This document shows positions 23,193 to 37,652 of a DNA stretch of 64,000 nucleotides, piece after piece. This DNA comes from Monocercomonoides exilis PA203 (lineage: Eukaryota; Protista; Preaxostyla): contig LSRY02000006.1 of the NCBI GenBank assembly GCA_001643675.2, positions 1,736,001 to 1,800,000 on the forward strand, written 5' to 3'. Below the pieces are notes generated by a model. That model ran no database searches. It was not told the DNA's origin and saw only the letters and a program-made list of their open reading frames with translations. Each line of letters starts with the position of its first letter. The first letter of the stretch is position 1. The position numbers and the translations under genes are program-made.

Positions 23193-24954
23193 TTAATCCA
23201 TTTCATCCCACGGGTCCTGATAGTCATCTCTCCTGCTCCTGTGGTGTTCGTGGTGGTGGCGGCGCCTTCTCTCCTCCGGATTGCGGCGTCTGCGCTTCCG
23301 CGTGCTACCTGAGTCTCTGTCGTCGTCCAGCCTCCGCCCGCTGTAGCGCTCGTCTTCGTCCTCGTCGCCTTCGTCCTTGCCGATCTTGCCGCCCAGGCAG
23401 CAGCACTGGCAGCAGAGCATGATCGTCACCAGCAGAAGGAACACAAAGGCAATCAAGGCACACACAGCGACCAGCCTGAAGTTCGCGTTCAACTCATAGT
23501 TGAAGTATCCGTTGGTCAATTTGCTCCAGTCGTCAACTGTCAAGTCATTTGGGAAATTGCAAGAATAAGTTCCGTCTTCGTTCTTAAGTCTATCTGGTCC
23601 GTCGAAAAGAAGTACTCCATTGTTGCACGCGTCTTTTTGAATGAATTCTCCAAATATTTTGCAGCTGCTCACTTCGTCTGCATTTGGACTGCCCAGCTCA
23701 TAAAACATCGACCTCCGGAAACGCGACACACGCTGCGAAATTGCAAGTGAAGAAGTGACAGGCACAACAGAATTGCGCAGCACATTCTGTGTGGGGCTTT
23801 CGGTGATGTTGCAGAGCCCAGAAATTGCTGTTGAGATTGGCTCTTGCATCATGTCTCTTGCCTGCGGCAGGAAAAGGAAGATGCAAATAGCTGCAGCAAT
23901 TAGCATTAGCAGTCCAATCATAATGCTGGCAATAACCGTTGGGCACATTGTCCGCTTTGCCACACACGTGCATGAAGAAATCACTCCAATAAGTGCAAAC
24001 ACGGCAAATACAATTCCAACAATCATGACAACCAAGTACGGATCAAAGGATCCCCCGAGTACTTTTTTGAATATATCCATGAATTGCTTCAAGACTGCAT
24101 CTGTTGGTTCACGGAAAAGCACCAATGCTATAACAATAATTCCAGCACCTACAAGAAGAATTATGATACATCCAAGGATGTTTGTTGTCTTTAATTTGTT
24201 TAGAAATGATTAAAAAATCGTGAATTAATCAAAAATATTAACTTTAAATAGCAAACTTGTACAAATAAATTCTTTCCCATTATGACACATGATAAAATAA
24301 ATCCAAGTGCCAGAAGAACTGCGCAAATTATCATTGCAATTCCGACAGCATTTGCAGAATTTAGAAGATTTACAAGAGTACTGATAAATTCGCCAAAGCC
24401 TCCTTTGATTCCAAACACTGCATCCGTAATATCGTTCCAATATTTTATGCGAAAAGATTCAATAAAATCAGTAGCAGCAAAACATAATATCGCAATTACA
24501 GTAAGCAATAAAGTAAGAACCAATGATAGTACAAAGAAAACAAAAAGGCAAATGCGACGATCTTCACCTCCTGGTTTGTAATAACTAAACGAAAAATTAG
24601 AAAACAAATTAAAAATAATCATCAAACCCCGATGCGAAAAGTCCAATAAATCCAAATACAACGAGAATTGCTCCTGCAATGACTAAGAAAAAGAAGAATC
24701 CATTAAACACGCTGTTGTCTTTCCCATTTCCTTTTGCAACAGAAGCGTATGATACCCCAAGGAAGATGAAGAGGACGCCAACAAGCATGTAAAGAAAATC
24801 AAAAACTTTGTGAAGAAAACTAGCCGCTGGGCTTGTATGGTTATCAGCTGAAGAAAGTCATGATAAATGAGAAATTTTTCACAAATCAAGTCATGCCAAA
24901 GAGTATATAAACAACGATTATAAAAAGAATGCTCAAACCAACACAGCAACCCAT
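23193..24954 (-). CDS. 8-TM tandem tetraspanin-like membrane protein, 4 exons
   Basis: Spliced model MGCCVADNHTSPAA...; two successive 4-TM units, the second with a Cys-containing large loop; C-terminal CCQCCC plus charged tail. Three GT-AG introns (the third is 24189-24256). Confidence 0.7.
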
Positions 24955-25041
24955 GTTATTTCGGATAAGTTTTCAAGAGTAGTCACTATGTGATCTGAAA
25001 ACCATCATCACAAGCAAAGGGAACACTGTTTATCATTTTCT

Positions 25042-28000
25042 ATGAGCTCATGGTACAGCATTTGTAAATTTATTTTTGCACGGTTTTAATTGAAATAATG
25101 CTTATTATTTATATGTGATGAATTAGGGCAATCCGTACAAGACATTATGTACTGGAACAAAGAAATCGTAATCTTGTGTTATCAGAAGCAACTACGCGTC
25201 ATCCACTTGCTCCGCTAATTGAAGCATCTGGAATGATGGATGATGAAGCCATTGCAGCTGCACGCTCATCTGCTACGGATTTAGAATCTTCGAACGAACC
25301 ATTGAGTGCACTCGTGCCAACAGATGATGATCCACTTGTTTCATCTGCATCGGGCAGAGCGTCTTTGCTTAACCAAAAAATGAAAACAACAAGTCCTATT
25401 GTATGACATCTTCATTTTTGAAATTGTTTTGTTATTTTTTTCCTTTTACATTTTTGTAAAAGGCATATTTTCAACCTGAAGAAATAGCAAAATATGCAAA
25501 GAAACGTTTGCCGTGTTACATCACTTGTTGTTTTATAATACTTCTTTTCTTATGTTTCTTTCTTTTTATTCGCTATCTTTTTTTCTTTTGTTGTTTTAGC
25601 ATTTCCAACGTTTCAATTTATTTTAAGTTTATCGAAACCAACAAACGATCCAGGGGAAGAGCCAGAAGAAAAAGTCAAAGTTACTTACAACGACCTCGTA
25701 GTTCTAATAAATAGGAGACATCGAGAAATGAAAGAAGCTTGGGAACGCTCGCAACATAGGAAAGTTTTGAAAATTATGATACAATTAACAAAAGTTTTGA
25801 ATGATGGATTGCATCCCGATGTGTTTCCGAGATTGTTCTCGTTGTTATGCAGGTCATTGGATCAATTTGGAGCAAAGGTTTACAAACAGCTGCTTGATGC
25901 CTCATTTGAAAATGGTGAAGATAGTGTGCATTTTTATTGAAATTTATAAATAAATAATGAATGCTTTAATCGCAAAAATAATTTCTTTAATTAAAATTGT
26001 AAACAATCAATGATGAACCCCCCTTTCATTGAATGTATTTACAATCATCCATTTCTTGATTTATGTGTGTAATGATGTGAAGTGTCTCTGGGGCTGTCTC
26101 GAGTGAAAGATGAAGCAAAAGAATATTTTCAGTTTTGGCTTTACAAAATATCAGCTTGCAAGGATTTGCTTACCAGAATGTCTGCAATGTTTTATATTTT
26201 TTGTCTTTTTATTTGTTAATTTTTTTTGTCAAACCCCATTTTCCGTTTTCTGTGTTTTCTTCTAATTCTTGACCTAATTATTTTCTTTTTAACTAAATTG
26301 TGTCCTATCAATTTCCAATTCCTCTTTAGTCTTCTTGAAGCTGCAATTCTGAAGTCCTTCTGCCTGCTGCTGTCCAATCCTTATATTCCGACGCTGCGGC
26401 GTCTGTTCCACATGTGCAACGGCATCTCAAACCCAATGCTTGCTGCGTATGTGCGCTCTTATGTGCTTAAGAAGGGGATGGAAGTTGGAATGGACGACAG
26501 AAAGACAGTCATCGACAACTTCATCTGGTTCTGGATCAAAATGAGGAAGGCCACCACGTATCGCCTGTATCAGGCCATGAAGCTCGAGAAAATAGATTTC
26601 AGTCACTATCAAAGAGTATATTCGCCTTGCATTCAGATACACATCGCATCCCTCCTCCAGCTGCAGAGTGGTGCTACATCGTCGCGCAATCTGATTTATG
26701 TATGAAGAGAATGAAAAGAACGATTGAAAAGAAACTGGATGAAAGTGAGATGGGAAAGTTATTGCGATGTTATGCTTTGGAATTTGAGTTTTAAAATTAT
26801 ATTTGATTTTTTGATTTACTTGAACGTTTTGATATTCATTTCAATTTTTTCTTCTTTTTGTTATTTCTTCTATTCCTTTATGTTAATATCATAGCACAAG
26901 TTGATTCCTCTGCTCCTTCATGCTTACCGAGACATGGGATGTAACACTGTTGTGTTGCACCACATGCTCGAGTTATGTCCATCTGCTATCATTTCTGCCA
27001 ATGCTGAGAAAATCGTTGAAGCACTCAGCGGAGACATTATCTTAATGGCTGCATTGGATGGGGTATGTTAAATGAATTTTTGGTTATTTTTTGATATAAC
27101 AACAATTTCGTTCTCATGCATTGTGATGTGTTTATTCAATAAAACAAAACATTGAAACATCTCATTATTATTCTCTCTCTCTTTTTTTTTTATTCAGAAC
27201 AAGAAAGTGCTTCCAACAAAAAACTCGAGTGAAAGCGACTTAGACGAGGAGGACATGGACATGGACTCAGACAGCGAGATCGGGTCGAAGCCTTCGAGTT
27301 CTGAGGACGGGATGCCGCAGCGCAACGGGCGGGCAACAAGCTTCTCTGTTTCTGACCCCAGCTTGGCGTCTGTGTCCCCTCTGATTTCGATTCCTGGGCA
27401 GGAGGCGGTTCCGCTGGCGCAGCTGGAAGATGCGCTTCCGCCTGCAGCATACGACCCCCACGCCCTCATCAGCAACACCTGCTTCCACCTCACCCAGTCT
27501 GAGCCAGACGAGACGCAGAGGGCATTCATCTTCAGAGAGCTCCTGCTGCTTATATCGAAGATCAACAAGTCCTGCTCAAACTACCTCATCCACATAAAGG
27601 AGCTCCTGGCATTCGGACTCAAGTTCTGCACAGTGTGTTTCTTTTGATGAGGATTGATGTTCTCTCTCTTTTTTTTTGTGAATGAATGTTGAATGAAATG
27701 AGATTCAACTTTACAGTTTTTTGAATAAACTCTTTTTTCTTTATTTTTATTTCATTGAAATGCATTTGATTTCAACCATTTTATTCCTGCAACCTTTATT
27801 CACTCAACTTTTTTTTAAATATCCCTTTCTGTCTGAATTCCTTCTCATCCATCATTCAGAGCACAGATCTGACGCTTCTATTTGACGATGTGCACAACCA
27901 CTACATCACAAGCGAAGCCTTCAAAAGGTCTCAACTCAGAGTCACTTCAACCCAACCTTCTGATCGCATCTTCGACCCCCGCTCTGTTCCTGTTCTGACC

Positions 28001-31000
28001 TCTCCTTTAGCTGCTGGCAATCCTCTTTCTGCTTCTGCTTCTGCCTCTTCTTCCTCTTCTTCCTCATCATCGTCTTCAACTTCTTCTTCTTCTTCTTCTT
28101 CTTCTGCTTATCCTTCCTCATCTGCCAAGCCGTTTTCTGTCGTTCCCTCAGTTCCCTCACGTGGAATCTCTCTGTTCTCCAACACACACCAGTTTGTATA
28201 CGACAAAGAAATCCCATTAATCCTCTCCAACGCCGAGGAGGTGTCGCCCTCACGCTCCAGACTCAGCAAAGAGGTGCTCTCTTCATATGAGATCATCACA
28301 CCAGACTCTGTTCTCTCCTCTTCTTCTGAGATTTCCACTGTGTTTGACCACACACTCGGCATCCCCCACGACGAAAGCGTCGACTACGACACGATGGCGC
28401 CTGATGATGACGACAGGCCTGATCCTCTTTCACAAGCGTCCTCTCCTTCTTCTTCCTCATCTTCACCTTCTTCCTCCTCTTCGTCTTCTCCTTCTTCCTC
28501 TTCCATATCACCTGTTCCACCACCTCCTCGCACACTCTCTCCAAAAGGCAGCTTAAAGAAAAAATCTGGCGACGGCCGAGCAATCGACAACGATCCCTCG
28601 TCTGGCTCATCTTCTCCTCTCCTTCCCGATCGCGTGTTCTCCATCACCCCCTTCGCCTCCAGCGCACTCACATCCTCTCCTTCCTACTCTCCCATGGGCA
28701 GCCACACATCGCTTGCTGCCCCGCTGAAGCCACTTCCACCCCCTCCTCGGCCAGATGCCCCATCGCTCGGTAAGAAGAAAGCGCTGTCTGCTGCGTCTGG
28801 TGCTGCTGCCTCTTCCTTCGGCTCTTCTGCCCGCCGCCCAGGTGTCAAAATTGAGAAGAGGGCAGAGTCGCTCTGGGAGCGTCAGTCGCCGTCGAATCCG
28901 TATGCTGCCTCGAGATACTCAATGCGCGTCTCCAGCAGCCCGCTGTCAGACTCGAAGTTCACTTCACTTTCAGGTTTTTCTGCTTCTGCGTCTTCGTCCA
29001 ATTCATCCTCTGCACCTCACCGGATGCCTTCTCTTGCTGCCCCAAACTTTTCGCAGATGGACAATTTCTTGTCGTATTTGTATGCCACCCCACTGGAAGA
29101 GCCTGCGCCTCAGCAGAAGCTGTCAGAGGAAGAGATCTTGCTGTTCAAAGTGATCAATGGCAGCTGCCGCTCTGCTGAAAAAGCAGCATATGTGGCGCAG
29201 TCGTACTCGTTCCAGCAGCTTTTCTCGTTTATGGCAGAAGAGCAGCAGATGGACTGCGGGTGGGAGCTGCTGAACTCAATTGCTAAGTGTGCACTTATTT
29301 CATTATTTATTTTGTGTGTTTATTTTTATTATTAATTTTCTGAATTTTGCCTTTTTGATGTGTATTGGAAATCTTATATATACATTTTTATTCAACATAT
29401 GCTGCTTCTAACAGACCAGCGTGTCCATGCATCACAGATCCACTCTCAGCCTATTTCCTCTTCAAGATTGCACAGAAGGCATTTCGCTCTATCAATTCAT
29501 TCACACCAGACGATCTGCGGCGCCAAGCTGACCAAATTCTGCTTCATTTCGCATCGAAAATAAACTTTGGGAAAGGAATAGAACAACAAATCGCGTTTTA
29601 TGTGGAGATGCGGCGGTCGTTCCAGATATTCGAGATGCTCAATGCAGAACTCATCTATTTGGCTAACACATTGACGATGAAGGTTTGCTGTGTCTTAGAA
29701 ATATGACTAAGAAATTTCTTTTGTTTTTAATTGTTTTTATCTCGTGTGAATAATAATCCAATTCAATATCTTCTTTCTGTTATTCACATATATGTTCTTG
29801 ATGACCAGTCATTTATGCCCCACAAAACTCGTAGGCATCGCCGCGCACTGAATCTGATGAAAGGGTGCATAGCCTTCAGCCAAGTGTCCATCCCATCCAT
29901 CGCCTCAATTCCGCTCCGCCTGAGGCTTCTTCTGAACACTCTGTGTGTGTCGCTGGCGGTGGGACTTCTGAGCCATGTGGAGGTGATGGTCAAGATGATT
30001 ATCTCGCTTCTGATGCAATACCCAGAGACGAAGATGCAGAACGGAGAGGCTGTCTCGACAGAGCACGATATTGTCGAGTTTCTTTCGCAGTTCATTTCAA
30101 TCTTGCTTGTTCTTCCATGTATGTTTTGTGAGATGAGATGTCTAATTGATTTGTTTAATTAATTGGATGGAATGGCATTTCTTAGTATAAGAAATTGAAT
30201 TGTCCTTCTTATTATTTTGTTGTCATTACATTTTTCCTCTTGTTAATTCCTTTTTATATTGTTTTATTTCATTTAATGTTTTATTTTTTATTTCTATTAA
30301 CAGCTCATCCACCTCAAGCACCATTTGCAATTGTCAGAGCTGTCCGAAAATATGTGAATGACAAAAGGTGGAAAGTGGAGTCTTGTGCAAAGGGAATGAT
30401 TAATTGCAACATTCTTGCTCTTTTAACCTCCTTGGCACAGAAAACGTATATTTATCATGTGAGAGACCGTATGCTTGCCAAATGTACTTTGTTTATTAGA
30501 ATTAATATTAATTTGCTTGTTTGTGTGTTTATTTTAATGTATGCAACTTTCTTTCATTTGCGTTAGTTGAAAGCAATGATGTTCTGAAGGCGACAGACAC
30601 AGACTACAAGGAAGATCTGATGTATCTGTTTGATGACACCGTGTCTTCCATATTGTTTGAAGTGCAGCGTCTGAAGGATGTTGCTGCCGTTGAGGTGTGA
30701 ACATCAGTTTATTGCCTAATTTCCTGTATCAAATTTGTGCCTATTTTTATTTTAATATTTGCTATTTTTCTTTTTTTATGTGATAATTCAAACTTATTTT
30801 TGCAGGCTGGCAAAAGCTGCGTTGCACTCATAATTCATTTCATTGAGACAGGAATGGTGTTCTGCACTTTGAATCTTGGGCTGGCACAGGATATATCAAA
30901 ACTGTTCAAAATCCTTAAAACTAAAGTTGTAGAGCTGGAGCACAATCATTATTCTGTTGTGATAACAAAGTATGCATTGAAATTTTTAAGCAAAAAGCTA

Positions 31001-31278
31001 GCTTTGTGGAATATATTGAAAAATGAAATATTCTTTTCTTTTGAAATATTTAATAACTTTTTTCTGTGAATGGAATATTTTTCATTAATTTTCTAAACAT
31101 ATAAAATTATTTTTTTTAAAAAATCTCTTCTTTTCAATTTCGCAATAGATCTGACACATATTCCTCGCACGTCAAAAACATCATTGACAAAATCTGCCGC
31201 ATTGCTGACACAGATCCCAGTGTCTTATCCGTTCGACTCAGAAAGAGCATTCTGAAGCTAAATTTCAGTCGGCAGTGA
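25042..31278 (+). CDS. VPS35L: VPS35 endosomal protein-sorting factor-like (Retriever/Commander subunit, C16orf62), multi-exon, with Ser-rich insertions
   Basis: EAWERSQHRKVLKIMIQLTKVL, LDQFGAKVYKQL, FWLYKISACKDLLTR, LLEAAILKS, CNGISNPMLAAYVRSYVLKKGMEV, IEQQIAFYVEMRRSF, MKGCIAFSQVSIPSI, YIYHV and VESNDVL match VPS35L blocks as I recall them. Not all internal exon borders were verified. Confidence 0.85.
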
Positions 31279-31821
31279 AATCATCAAACTTTCCTTTGTT
31301 TGTCTGAATATTGCGTTTTTGTTTCATTTGGACATTTTGAATTGAATACTTATTACAGAGCTTCAAACGCTTGTTAATTCAATTAATTATTTCTTCGGAT
31401 TCTTGATTATTCTTTGAGATGTTTTTTTCTGAGCTTTATCTTTGAGTCAATTCAAAAAAAAGCATATCAAATTTCGTATTTATTTATTTATTTATAATTG
31501 TTTATTGGTATTGTAATAACTTTGTAACATTTTTTTCCCTGTAATTTCTATTTCATTCTACCCGCCATCTTGTATTCCTCGGTTGGGGGACATGAAGTTT
31601 TAAATGTGATACTCTCACAACTGCACTTCACTTGTTTCATGAATATTCTTTCACTTCATTTTCCTCATTTTTTTATTATTTTTTTGAGTTTTATTAATAA
31701 ATTGTTCATTGTTTTGGAGGTTAAAATATCTGTTATTTTTATAATCTTTGCTTGTTTCATTTACCACAAAAAAGAAAAGAGGGATAAAAAAAGTCAACAA
31801 AACAAATAAAAATTCCATTAA

Positions 31822-34800
31822 CTAAGAAGGCGCAGATTCACGAGCAGATGTTGGTGGTGTTGGTGTTCTCTTTCTCGAAGAGAGCGGAGGAACAATTCTA
31901 CCCGACGATGACAAAGAAGGCGAAGGAGGTATTGCACCCGAAGAAGGCGGACGCGGAGAAGGCGGCCTGCCAGACAGAGGACGAGCAGGTGAGCCGACAC
32001 GTGCAGAAGTTGGCGGTGTGGCACGAGACGCTGTTGCTGAAAGAGGAGCAGCTTGCGCAGAAGGCGAAGCAGGGCGTCGCCGACTTGCGCTGAGTCTTCC
32101 TTGTGTGCCTGTCAATTCAGCTGTTCCAGACTGAGATAAAGGTCGTCCAATGGTTGGTTGGTAACCTCCTGTAATTGAAGAAGATAAAGATGCAGGGTTA
32201 GCTGCAGATGTGGCAGAGCCTTCAAATGGGTTTGCTGCTTGCAACGAAGCTGCAGCTGGTATATTGCTGCCCTGTAACGATTGAGAAGGATTAATAAAAG
32301 ATTGAGCTTGGGCATTCAAGACAGCAGAGGAAGAAGAGTTGAGTGTGTGAGATGGATGAGGCTGAAGTGAAGGAGATGTTATGCGAGGCGGCTGAAATGT
32401 TGAAGTGGCGGAAAAAGTTGGCGGAGGCATCGACGAAGCAAGCTGTGATGCTGGCAAAGTGGATGAAGACAAGGGCATAGCTGACGGAGCAGCTAATGGA
32501 GCAGCTAATGGAGCATTTGCATTCTCAGGAATCGTCGAAGGCATTCCTGTCAGCTGTCCTTTTGGTGGTGCGCGTAGAGGATTTGCTGATGGCGGTGGAG
32601 GAACAATTGTCCGTGCTCCTCCGACTGTTTGTGGATGATCAGGCGAAATGAATGCTGATTGAGCATTCAGTGGCTGGCTCAGCGATGTTGTTGAAGCAGT
32701 CAGACTGGCTGAGGACGAATTGTTTGTTGAATGCAGCGCTTGGTGCAGTTCACTTGTGACTCTGTTTGGAGGAGCTTGTGAGGAAAACCTTGAGCCAGGC
32801 AAAGCAGATAGAAGAGAAGGATCAATGGCACTTTGTTGTTGTGAACGCTGTTGCATTGAAGCACCGGATGTTGCTGCACTCAGTGATGGATTTGTGGGAG
32901 TTGGTGCAATTGTCCTTCGAGCCATGGAGCCAGCCAGCAAAGAGCTGGGGTTTGTTGATGTGGCTGTCACTGTGGATGCCAAGAATGGTGACTTCACAAA
33001 GACTGATTGTGAAACAAGAGACTTGTCAAACTTGTGGTCAGAGCCAATGGCAAGGCCAAGATCAGCAGATGCAGACACCAAATCACCAGAAGGTCTCACA
33101 GTTGACTCCAAAAGAGGATCTCTTGGGACAAATGTTGACTGTCCTGTGAGTGTCTGAGAAAGAAGAGACGGAACATCGAAATCTGCATCAGAAGATGTGG
33201 ATGCATTGGAAGAAACAGTCGAATTGAGTGGAACATTACTTGGTTGCAGACTTGCTGTGGTTGTAGACTTACTCGTGTTATGAAGCGACTGGTTTGTGGA
33301 TGAAAGTTTTCCTGTTGTCGAAAGTGGCTGTTGCTTCATCGTCTCTGCATTCGTGCGTTCCAATGAGTTCTTTGTCTGGTCTCCTCCAACAATTCCTCTT
33401 TGACTGAATTTTCCGCTTTCTCCATTCTTCTGACTTCCGTCAATGATAATTGGCTGTGTTGTGTCTTCGAGTCTTCCTCCTCGTTCTTTTCGAGTCCATT
33501 CGCTGCTTTCTCTTCTGATAAATGACTTATTCTCTTCCTTTGAATCATCTGCATCTGACTCGTGTTTGCGGTGGTGGTGTCGGTGGTGATGGTGCTTCTG
33601 ATGCAGCTCAGAATCTCTGTTCTTCCTCCTTGCCACTCTGATTTTCTTTTCCAGTTCCAACAGCTGGTCGTCTTTCTGCTGCAGCAGAAGATCCTGAACA
33701 CTTGTCTGTGTCTGGTCATTCCCCAAGCGCCTACCGTCTCCAGCTCCACCAGCACCAGAGATTGGCAAGCCAAGAAGCGCCCCTGCATTGGACGGAGGAA
33801 TAACAGCTCCTGGATACATCATGGCACCCAGCTGGTTGTAGCCATCTACTCCCCTCATTCCTTCATCCATCCCTGAAAGAGGAGGCATCTGAGGAATCTG
33901 AGGGCTCTGCTGTGGTTGTACAATGCCCAAAGACACAAGCAATGAATGGAATGTGTAAGGATCCATCCATCGTGCATGGTGAAGGAGGTTGTTGACAACC
34001 ATCAAACGAGACTTGGTAATGGCAGCAGCTGTCTTGTTGCTGTCTAACGAGCTTGATGAAGAATAACTGGAAGAGTACGATGAATCTCCTGAGGATGAAT
34101 CCGAGTAATAGCTCGAGTTGCTCGAACGTGACGATTCGCTGTCGCTTCTTCTGTTGTGTGACGATCTGCCGTGTGAATGGTGTCTGTGCTTCCGATCGTT
34201 CTGTGATCTCCTGTGGCTGTGTTTGCGGGTGCTTCGCCCACTGCCCTCTTTGTTGTGAGAATAGCCCCGTCGGCCGTCTGATTTGGAGTCGCGCCGTGAG
34301 TGCTGTTTTCTTCTCCTTCCTCTGCTCGACGAAGACGAATCGCCTTCTGTGTCTTCTAAGTCCATTTTAGTGTATCCGCTTTTTCTTCTCCTGCCGTGGC
34401 TTCCTGATCGATGGCGGCGTCTGTCATCTTCTCTGCTCGAATCGTCTTCTGTTTCTCCATCTTCATTTACCACAAAGCGATGCCTCTTTGATGAATTGTC
34501 GTCTTTCTCTGTTTGACTCCTCATTCGTTCTCTCTTTTGAACCCAGCTTTCTTCTGGTTGATTCACCACAATCACTTCTCCATCGCCTCCGCTTCCGTCC
34601 CCTACCTTTCTTCCCCATTCTCTTCTGCCACCTTCTCCTCCTTCTCCCCGTACAGCTTCTGCTTCTTTCTTGAACAGCGCCCTTCGCTCAGCCCTTTTTC
34701 GCATCAGCTCATCCAACATAGGATCAGCTGAAGCTGAAGCTGCAGCATCACCGCCTGCTTGTTGGTTTGCTTCAGCATTTTCCGGTTGTTCTTGTGCGCC

Positions 34801-37394
34801 GTCTGTTCCTTCTCCTCTCAATTTTCTCAGTCTCTCTTCTTTCTCTTTCTTCTTCCTCTCTTCCTCTTCCTTCTGTTTTTTTTCCAAGGCGCGGAAGGCC
34901 TCTTCCTGACGCTGCTGAATCGCCAGAAACTTCGCTCGCTTGTCTCCGCCCATTCCATCATCAAGTGCGGTGCCTGCTCCACCTCCTCCTGCAATTACTC
35001 CAGAAGGTTTCTTTCCAGTCAGTTTTTCTTCTTCCTCTTGTTCTTTTTTCTCCTTCGCTTCTCTTTCGGCTTGTTGTTCTCTTTCGAATTTTTCCTTAAG
35101 TTCTTCAGCTTCTCTTTCCAAACGTTGCTGCTCTCTCAAATCTTCTTCTTCTTTCTGTCTTTTTTCCTCCTCCTTTTTCCTTCTTCTTTCTTCTATTTGT
35201 TTTTGCAGCTCTGCTTTGTATGCTTCTTCCTGCCTTTTCTTTCCTTCATCCGGCTCGTCCATTCGCGTAATCCTTGAAATGCGCTGGAAAGACGGCTGTT
35301 GCACAGGCTGTGCAGAGAATTGCTGCTGTTGCTGCTGCGGTGGCTCTCTCCCAAAAGGCCCCTCGTCTGCTCTTCTGTCGCTTCCTCCTTCATATCCCAA
35401 CGGCTCCTGGCGACCTCCTTCCCCTCTCCCCTTTTGCTGCTCGGACCACTGTGAATCAAGCCAGGGTGCTGCTTTGTCAATTTCTGCCTCGTACATCTCT
35501 CTCTTCCTCTTCTCTTCTTCTTTCCTCCTTTTGTTTTCTTCCATTTGTTGCTTCAGTTCGCGTTGATATGCATTTTGCCTCTCAATTTGCTTGCGTTTTT
35601 CTTCATCAGAAGGAATATTCCCCAGCAAATCACCCAATCCCACGCCATGCTGCAGTCCAGGCGCGCTTCTCCGATCTCTCTCATCCATCCCGTCGCTGCC
35701 TCTATATCCTCCATACTCTCCTCTCCCGTCTCGTTCATTTCTTCTGTCATACTCAAACTCGTTTTCTCTTCTTCCTCCGTATCCTCCATACCCTTCGTCC
35801 CTTCGCTCGAACTGCCCTCTGTCTTGTGGGCGCTGCGGAGACTGATAGAACTGATCTCTTTCATCAGCTCTTCTACTCGGTTCACTTTCGAACCGTCTTT
35901 CATTCATTTCTCTGTCATCTCGTCGGTATCCATCGTCTGCTCCTGGAGGCATATAGCCACGATCTGGCGGAAGCATTCTTTCCATGTCATCTCTCCTTTC
36001 GTTCCAATCTCTTGCTCCTCCTTCCATTTCTCCTCCTTTTCTCACAGGCGCCCCGCCTCCTCCTCTGCCCCATGGGTTGCGTGCCATCGACTCTTCTTCG
36101 ATCCTTCTTTCCTTTTCGATTTCTTGCCTTTTTTCTTCCTCTTTTCTTCTTCTTGCGTCTTCCATCTGTTGCTTCAATTCTTGCTGGTAGGTCAGCTGAG
36201 CTGCCCGCTTTTCAACTGCCCCTGCAGATGTCGGCGGAGTTGCTCGTGAAGGTGCACCCCACCCTCCTCCCTCTTCTCTGTTGTCTCTGCCAAAAGAGCC
36301 AGCACTTCCAAAGACAAGTCCTTCTTCGTGCTCCTTTTCTTTTCTGTCAAATCCTCCTTTTCCTTGCTTGTCTTTCTGCTTCATCTCAATTTGCCTTCTG
36401 AGCTCTTCTGCATATTGCCGCTTTCTCTCCATCTCTCGTTGTGCAGTGTTTGGCCGCCCTGAATCACCAGCAGAAGATGGAGTATATCCACCTGTTATTC
36501 CTCTTCTCTCATCTCTTTCTCTTTCTGCATTTAAACTTTGTTCAGAACCTGTTCTTTGATAATTTCGCGAAGGAGATTCCACCTCTTGCCTTCTCCAGGG
36601 ATCTATGCTTTTTGTTTCTTTTTCTCTGTCAATTTCTTCGGTTCTATTTCTTTGATAAAAACTTGGAGGTGATTGCTGCTGCTCTTGTTTTGTTTTCACC
36701 TCGTAATCAACTTGATCGCGAAACTGTGAATTTCTTGATTCCCATGAATTTTGAGCACCCATGTTTTGGGGCTCCTCGCGATTGGAAATATTATCCTCCG
36801 CATGAATCTTTGCTTTTACCCAACTTGGCTCTTCAGGAGTTGCAGCAGGCGGTCTAACAGTAATTACAGGCTGTGGCTCTTCTTGTTTTTCACTCGAAGC
36901 TTTTGCCATTGCTTCAAGAAATTTCCGACGTTTCGCTTCATAAACTTCATCTCGCTTGGTTTTTGCAGTCGAGCTGAATAAAGAAATAATGTAAACAAAT
37001 ATCATTTAAAAATAGTAGTTTTGATAGCAAACGCTGTAATTTTCTTAAATTGTGATTGTGTAACAACTTAATGATGGTTAATGAAATTTTAAAATTAAAT
37101 TAAAGCAAAACCTGCTTTTGAAGATACCTTGAAATAAACGAAATTTTAATTATAAAAATGCTATAAAATAAATAAAAACATACATGCTCTGCTGGTCCTG
37201 ATGCACTAATAACATGAATGTTTAAAAATATGTGAAATAACTACATTTGATATTATCATTTCAAATAAGAACCACTACCCCTCTAATTTTCTCAATTTTC
37301 TTTCTTCTTCGCGCAATCTTTGTCTTCGTTCTTTTTCAGTCTCCGCTGGATCATATATATCGCCTGTTAATCCATAAGACTGTTGTTGAGACAT
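31822..37394 (-). CDS. CSPP1/CCDC66-like coiled-coil centrosomal/ciliary protein with a long low-complexity C-terminus
   Basis: Repeated Y..EL..Q[I/M]E...R[K/R].EEEK helices and NPWGRGGGGAPVRK motif in a 1727-aa ORF. Probable first exon MSQQQSYGLTGDIYDP from ATG at 37394. Confidence 0.6.
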
Positions 37395-37652
37395 AGCAGT
37401 TTATATCAATGTTTATATAATGGTTACTGGAAACATTAACATGTTCATATGGGACAGATCCAAATTTTTATTTATTTTTTTCTTGAAGACACTCGTGCAT
37501 TTCTGTATGTATTATAGTTTTTAGCGTACATTTGAATTTGTTTATTCTTTTGGTTACTTTTCAAATTTGTAACGACCGTTATAATTTAAATTTACCTTAA
37601 TGAATATCCAATCACTTTTTTTTCTGTGAAAAAGGGTAATAATAAATATTTG

